Shown: piece by piece, positions 61,677 to 64,000 of the stretch | Position numbering within the stretch: the first letter of the stretch is position 1 | Layout of the letters: every line of letters begins with the position of its first letter | NCBI GenBank assembly: GCA_020348445.1 | Contig: CP070751.1 | Span: 3,681,002 to 3,745,001, forward strand | Length of the DNA: 64,000 nucleotides | Direction of reading: 5' to 3' | Source: Thermoplasmata archaeon | Lineage (GTDB): Archaea; Thermoplasmatota; Thermoplasmata; GCA-020350865 | Notes under the pieces: generated by a model | Told to the model about the DNA's origin: nothing | What the model saw: the letters and a program-made list of their open reading frames with translations, nothing else | Databases searched by the model: none | Made by a program: the position numbers and the translations under genes

Positions 61677-63383
61677 TTGATAAGAAATACTATTATTACA
61701 TTGACAGTAATGATGTTGTTAATTTTATTTCAAATTCGAGTAATAGCCGATGGAGAAAACGGTCAGGAAAGCTCTTGGTCGGATCCATTTCAACTATCAG
61801 GTCCTCAAACAAATTGCTATATACCGGCAATTGCCGTAAATAATAGTACGGTTCATGTAATTTATTCTCAGCGGAATTATACGGGAATTTATTACAAAAG
61901 AGGTTATAATAATGGTACTATTTGGGAAAATGAAAAATTATTAATAAATGTTACATCGGGAGAACCAGCTATTGCCGTATATAACAATAATGTTCATATT
62001 GTATGGTCAGATTTCAGAAATAATGAAGAAATGAATATTTCAAAAGGATGGGAAATATATTATAAACGAAGTACAGATGGAGGAAATACTTGGTCAGATG
62101 ACATGAGATTAAGTAATGCCGATAATAATATCTCCGGAACCCCTAATATTGTGTGTGAAGGAGATATTGTTCATGTTGTTTGGGGTGATGCAAGAGATAG
62201 TGTTGGGACTATGTATTATGGATATGGCGGGGCGATATATTATAAAAAAAGTGTTGATAATGGCAACAATTGGACAAACGATACAAGAATAAGTGATACA
62301 AAAGTAAAAGCATTCGTCCCTTCTATAGCAATTTCAGGAAATTATGTTTATGTCGCTTGGAATGATAAAAGAGATTATGTAAATGATGAAATATATTTTA
62401 AAAGAAGTATCGATCAAGGTGAAACATGGGAAAATGATACAAGATTAACTTTCTCAGAAAATATTACATCTTATATTCCTGATATTGCTGCAATGAATGA
62501 ATCAGTATATATTACCTGGGAAGAGGATAATTATTATGATGGTGTGTCGTTCATTAAAAGTGAAAATTATGGTCAGACATGGAGTAATATAACCCCTTTA
62601 ACACCTGGAATACATTTTGTAGGAGTACCAAAGATAGGTATTAATGAAAATTATATTCATATTGCATTTGAAAGAGGTGATTCCCTTGGGGGAGATTTAT
62701 TTTATTTAATAAGTAAGGATTTTGGAGAAAATTGGGAAAATATTAGGAAAATTACTTTTAATGAATTGGTATGGAGTTATGTTAATATTTATGTTATGGG
62801 AAATCTATTACATTTCGTATGGACAGATCCGGGTGAAATAAATTCAATTTTTTATATGAATAATTCTAATTTTGGATTAGGTTTCGTAGGAATAGATGTT
62901 GATGGTGATTGGGTAGAAAACAATAATGATGCGTTCCCAGAAGATCCTGCAGCTAGTATAGATTCAGATGGTGATGGATATCCTGACGAATGGAATCCTT
63001 GGAAGACTAGCGAAGACTCAACAACAGGCTTAAATCTTGATGTATTTCCAAATAATGCAGATGAATGGAATGATACAGATAATGATAGTTTTGGAGATAA
63101 TTATGACGCATTTCCAACAAATCCAAATGAGTGGAAAGATACCGATAATGACAGTTACGGAGACAATGAAGACGTATTTCCGAATGACCCAAATGAATGG
63201 ATTGATTCCGATGGTGATGGTATCGGTGATAATACAGATGCATATCCCAACGATCCTTCAAAATGGGAAAGAGAAGAGTCAAAAGAAGATAATTTTCTCT
63301 TGATTTTATTGATTATTTCAATTTTTATTATAATTTTTATAGTCCTAATATATAAAGTCATTAATGGAAGAAGAAAAAGCTAA
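61677..63383 (+). CDS. Surface BNR/Asp-box propeller protein with thrombospondin type-3-like Ca-binding repeats and C-terminal TM
   Basis: SxDxGxTW boxes; DSDGDGYPD/DTDNDSFGDNYDAFP repeats; TM; paralogous to 50592-52085. Confidence 0.87.
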   Translation: MIRNTIITLTVMMLLILFQIRVIADGENGQESSWSDPFQLSGPQTNCYIPAIAVNNSTVHVIYSQRNYTGIYYKRGYNNGTIWENEKLLINVTSGEPAIAVYNNNVHIVWSDFRNNEEMNISKGWEIYYKRSTDGGNTWSDDMRLSNADNNISGTPNIVCEGDIVHVVWGDARDSVGTMYYGYGGAIYYKKSVDNGNNWTNDTRISDTKVKAFVPSIAISGNYVYVAWNDKRDYVNDEIYFKRSIDQGETWENDTRLTFSENITSYIPDIAAMNESVYITWEEDNYYDGVSFIKSENYGQTWSNITPLTPGIHFVGVPKIGINENYIHIAFERGDSLGGDLFYLISKDFGENWENIRKITFNELVWSYVNIYVMGNLLHFVWTDPGEINSIFYMNNSNFGLGFVGIDVDGDWVENNNDAFPEDPAASIDSDGDGYPDEWNPWKTSEDSTTGLNLDVFPNNADEWNDTDNDSFGDNYDAFPTNPNEWKDTDNDSYGDNEDVFPNDPNEWIDSDGDGIGDNTDAYPNDPSKWEREESKEDNFLLILLIISIFIIIFIVLIYKVINGRRKS

Positions 63384-63405
63384 CCATTTGTTAGTTGAGC
63401 AAAAA

Positions 63406-63747
63406 GACAATCCCCTCCTATTAAGAAAGCGTGCCGAGCATAAGGGGGACGGCTTCGTTTTCGGATTTCGAAGAAATTTGAAAACTAAGTGGGCGAGCGA
63501 AGCGAGACCACGCAGGCGCAGGCACAAGACGGTCTGGGGAGGAAGAAGGTAAGAGCAAAGGACGCAGGCCTCCGTGGAAGCTCCGCCCGAGATAGCCCGT
63601 TTTATTGGGCGAACGAGCAGGTGAAGAAAGCAATAGCAAAATGAGCCAGCGCAGTGAGCGAACGGGGCTTAGAAACGGCATGAGGACAATATCCCAACGA
63701 CATTTCCGAGGCCTGCGTCCGTCTAAAAGAAAATGGAGGGGAATGTC
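63406..63747 (+). repeat. Structured intergenic element, copy G (complete, 342 bp)
   Basis: TIRs GACAATCCCCTCC / GGAGGGGAATGTC; GGACGCAGGCCTC pairs perfectly with GAGGCCTGCGTCC. Confidence 0.9.
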
Positions 63748-63853
63748 GAAAACTTTTAAAAAGGTTTAAATATGAGCGTATCGTTATTAATGAAAACGGC
63801 GAGAATCGTTAATAAGAATCTGAAGTTGTATCCTTATTAATGAGGACGATAAT

Positions 63854-64000
63854 ATGAAATTTCCAACAGACCGTGCAGGTAAGTATAAGAAGCATAAGAA
63901 TGGTTATAAGACATTCGTTCCTAAATCCCTGCCGCCCAATCCACCTCTTGAGTTGGATGGTCAATTATTGAGATTATTATCAAAAGCCGACCAGGCACTT
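63854..64000 (+). CDS. Fic-family protein, N-terminus (runs off the window)
   Basis: GAGGA SD; MKFPTDRAG...GYKTFVPKSLPPNPPLELDGQLLRLLSKADQAL matches the Fic_N pattern; the catalytic motif lies outside the window. Confidence 0.7.
   Translation, partial: MKFPTDRAGKYKKHKNGYKTFVPKSLPPNPPLELDGQLLRLLSKADQAL

Noticed and set aside
658-63681. Numerous short antisense or overlapping ORFs in the track (e.g. 658-894, 4783-5070, 8255-8806, 47084-47677, 53662-53882, 58800-59042, 63364-63681)
   Set aside because: They are shadows of well-supported genes or translations of the non-coding repeat element, with no motifs or SD support
50504-63747. Canonical integron attC sites
   Set aside because: Ends are GAC/GTC rather than RYYYAAC/GTTRRRY, the flanks are not complementary as expected for cassettes, and no intI is in the window; kept only as an analogy

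Overview
Archaeal genomic window: srp54, trmY, thi4, gatD/gatE, hypB/hypF, tatAC and GGTGA-type Shine-Dalgarno motifs. The large secreted proteins with cytoplasmic wHTH or zinc-finger tails suggest a Thermoplasmata-type lineage, but that is inference. About 1-50 kb is chromosomal housekeeping mixed with very large surface proteins; about 50-64 kb is an AT-rich accessory island. Two candidate undescribed systems stand out. (1) At 17.3-36.4 kb a co-oriented cluster encodes two TPR scaffolds (one with a degenerate Mrr-like nuclease fold, zinc ribbon and HhH), three tandem Rab-like small GTPases with a shared C-terminal helical domain, and a 3605-aa single-pass adhesin whose cytoplasmic tail looks like a longin domain. 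This could be a surface-to-GTPase signalling module in an apparently non-Asgard archaeon. (2) At 50.5-63.7 kb, seven full or partial copies of a ~340-390 bp modular, highly self-complementary intergenic element (terminal inverted repeats GACAATCCCCTCC...GGAGGGGATTGTC, nested stems with a compensatory change, no obvious target-site duplication) separate unrelated cargo genes: TIR/NDT-like, macro-like, 2TM-CBS-like, a PIN toxin-antitoxin pair, Fic, BNR surface proteins and an intact IS110. The layout resembles a cassette array, but no integrase is in the window. Smaller items: an apparent ATA start codon for gatD, a decayed asnA, four TATCG-N6-CGATA operator boxes next to a PadR gene, a Cys-type Thi4, and several genes missing from the ORF track. 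All family assignments come from motif recognition by eye; no searches were run.
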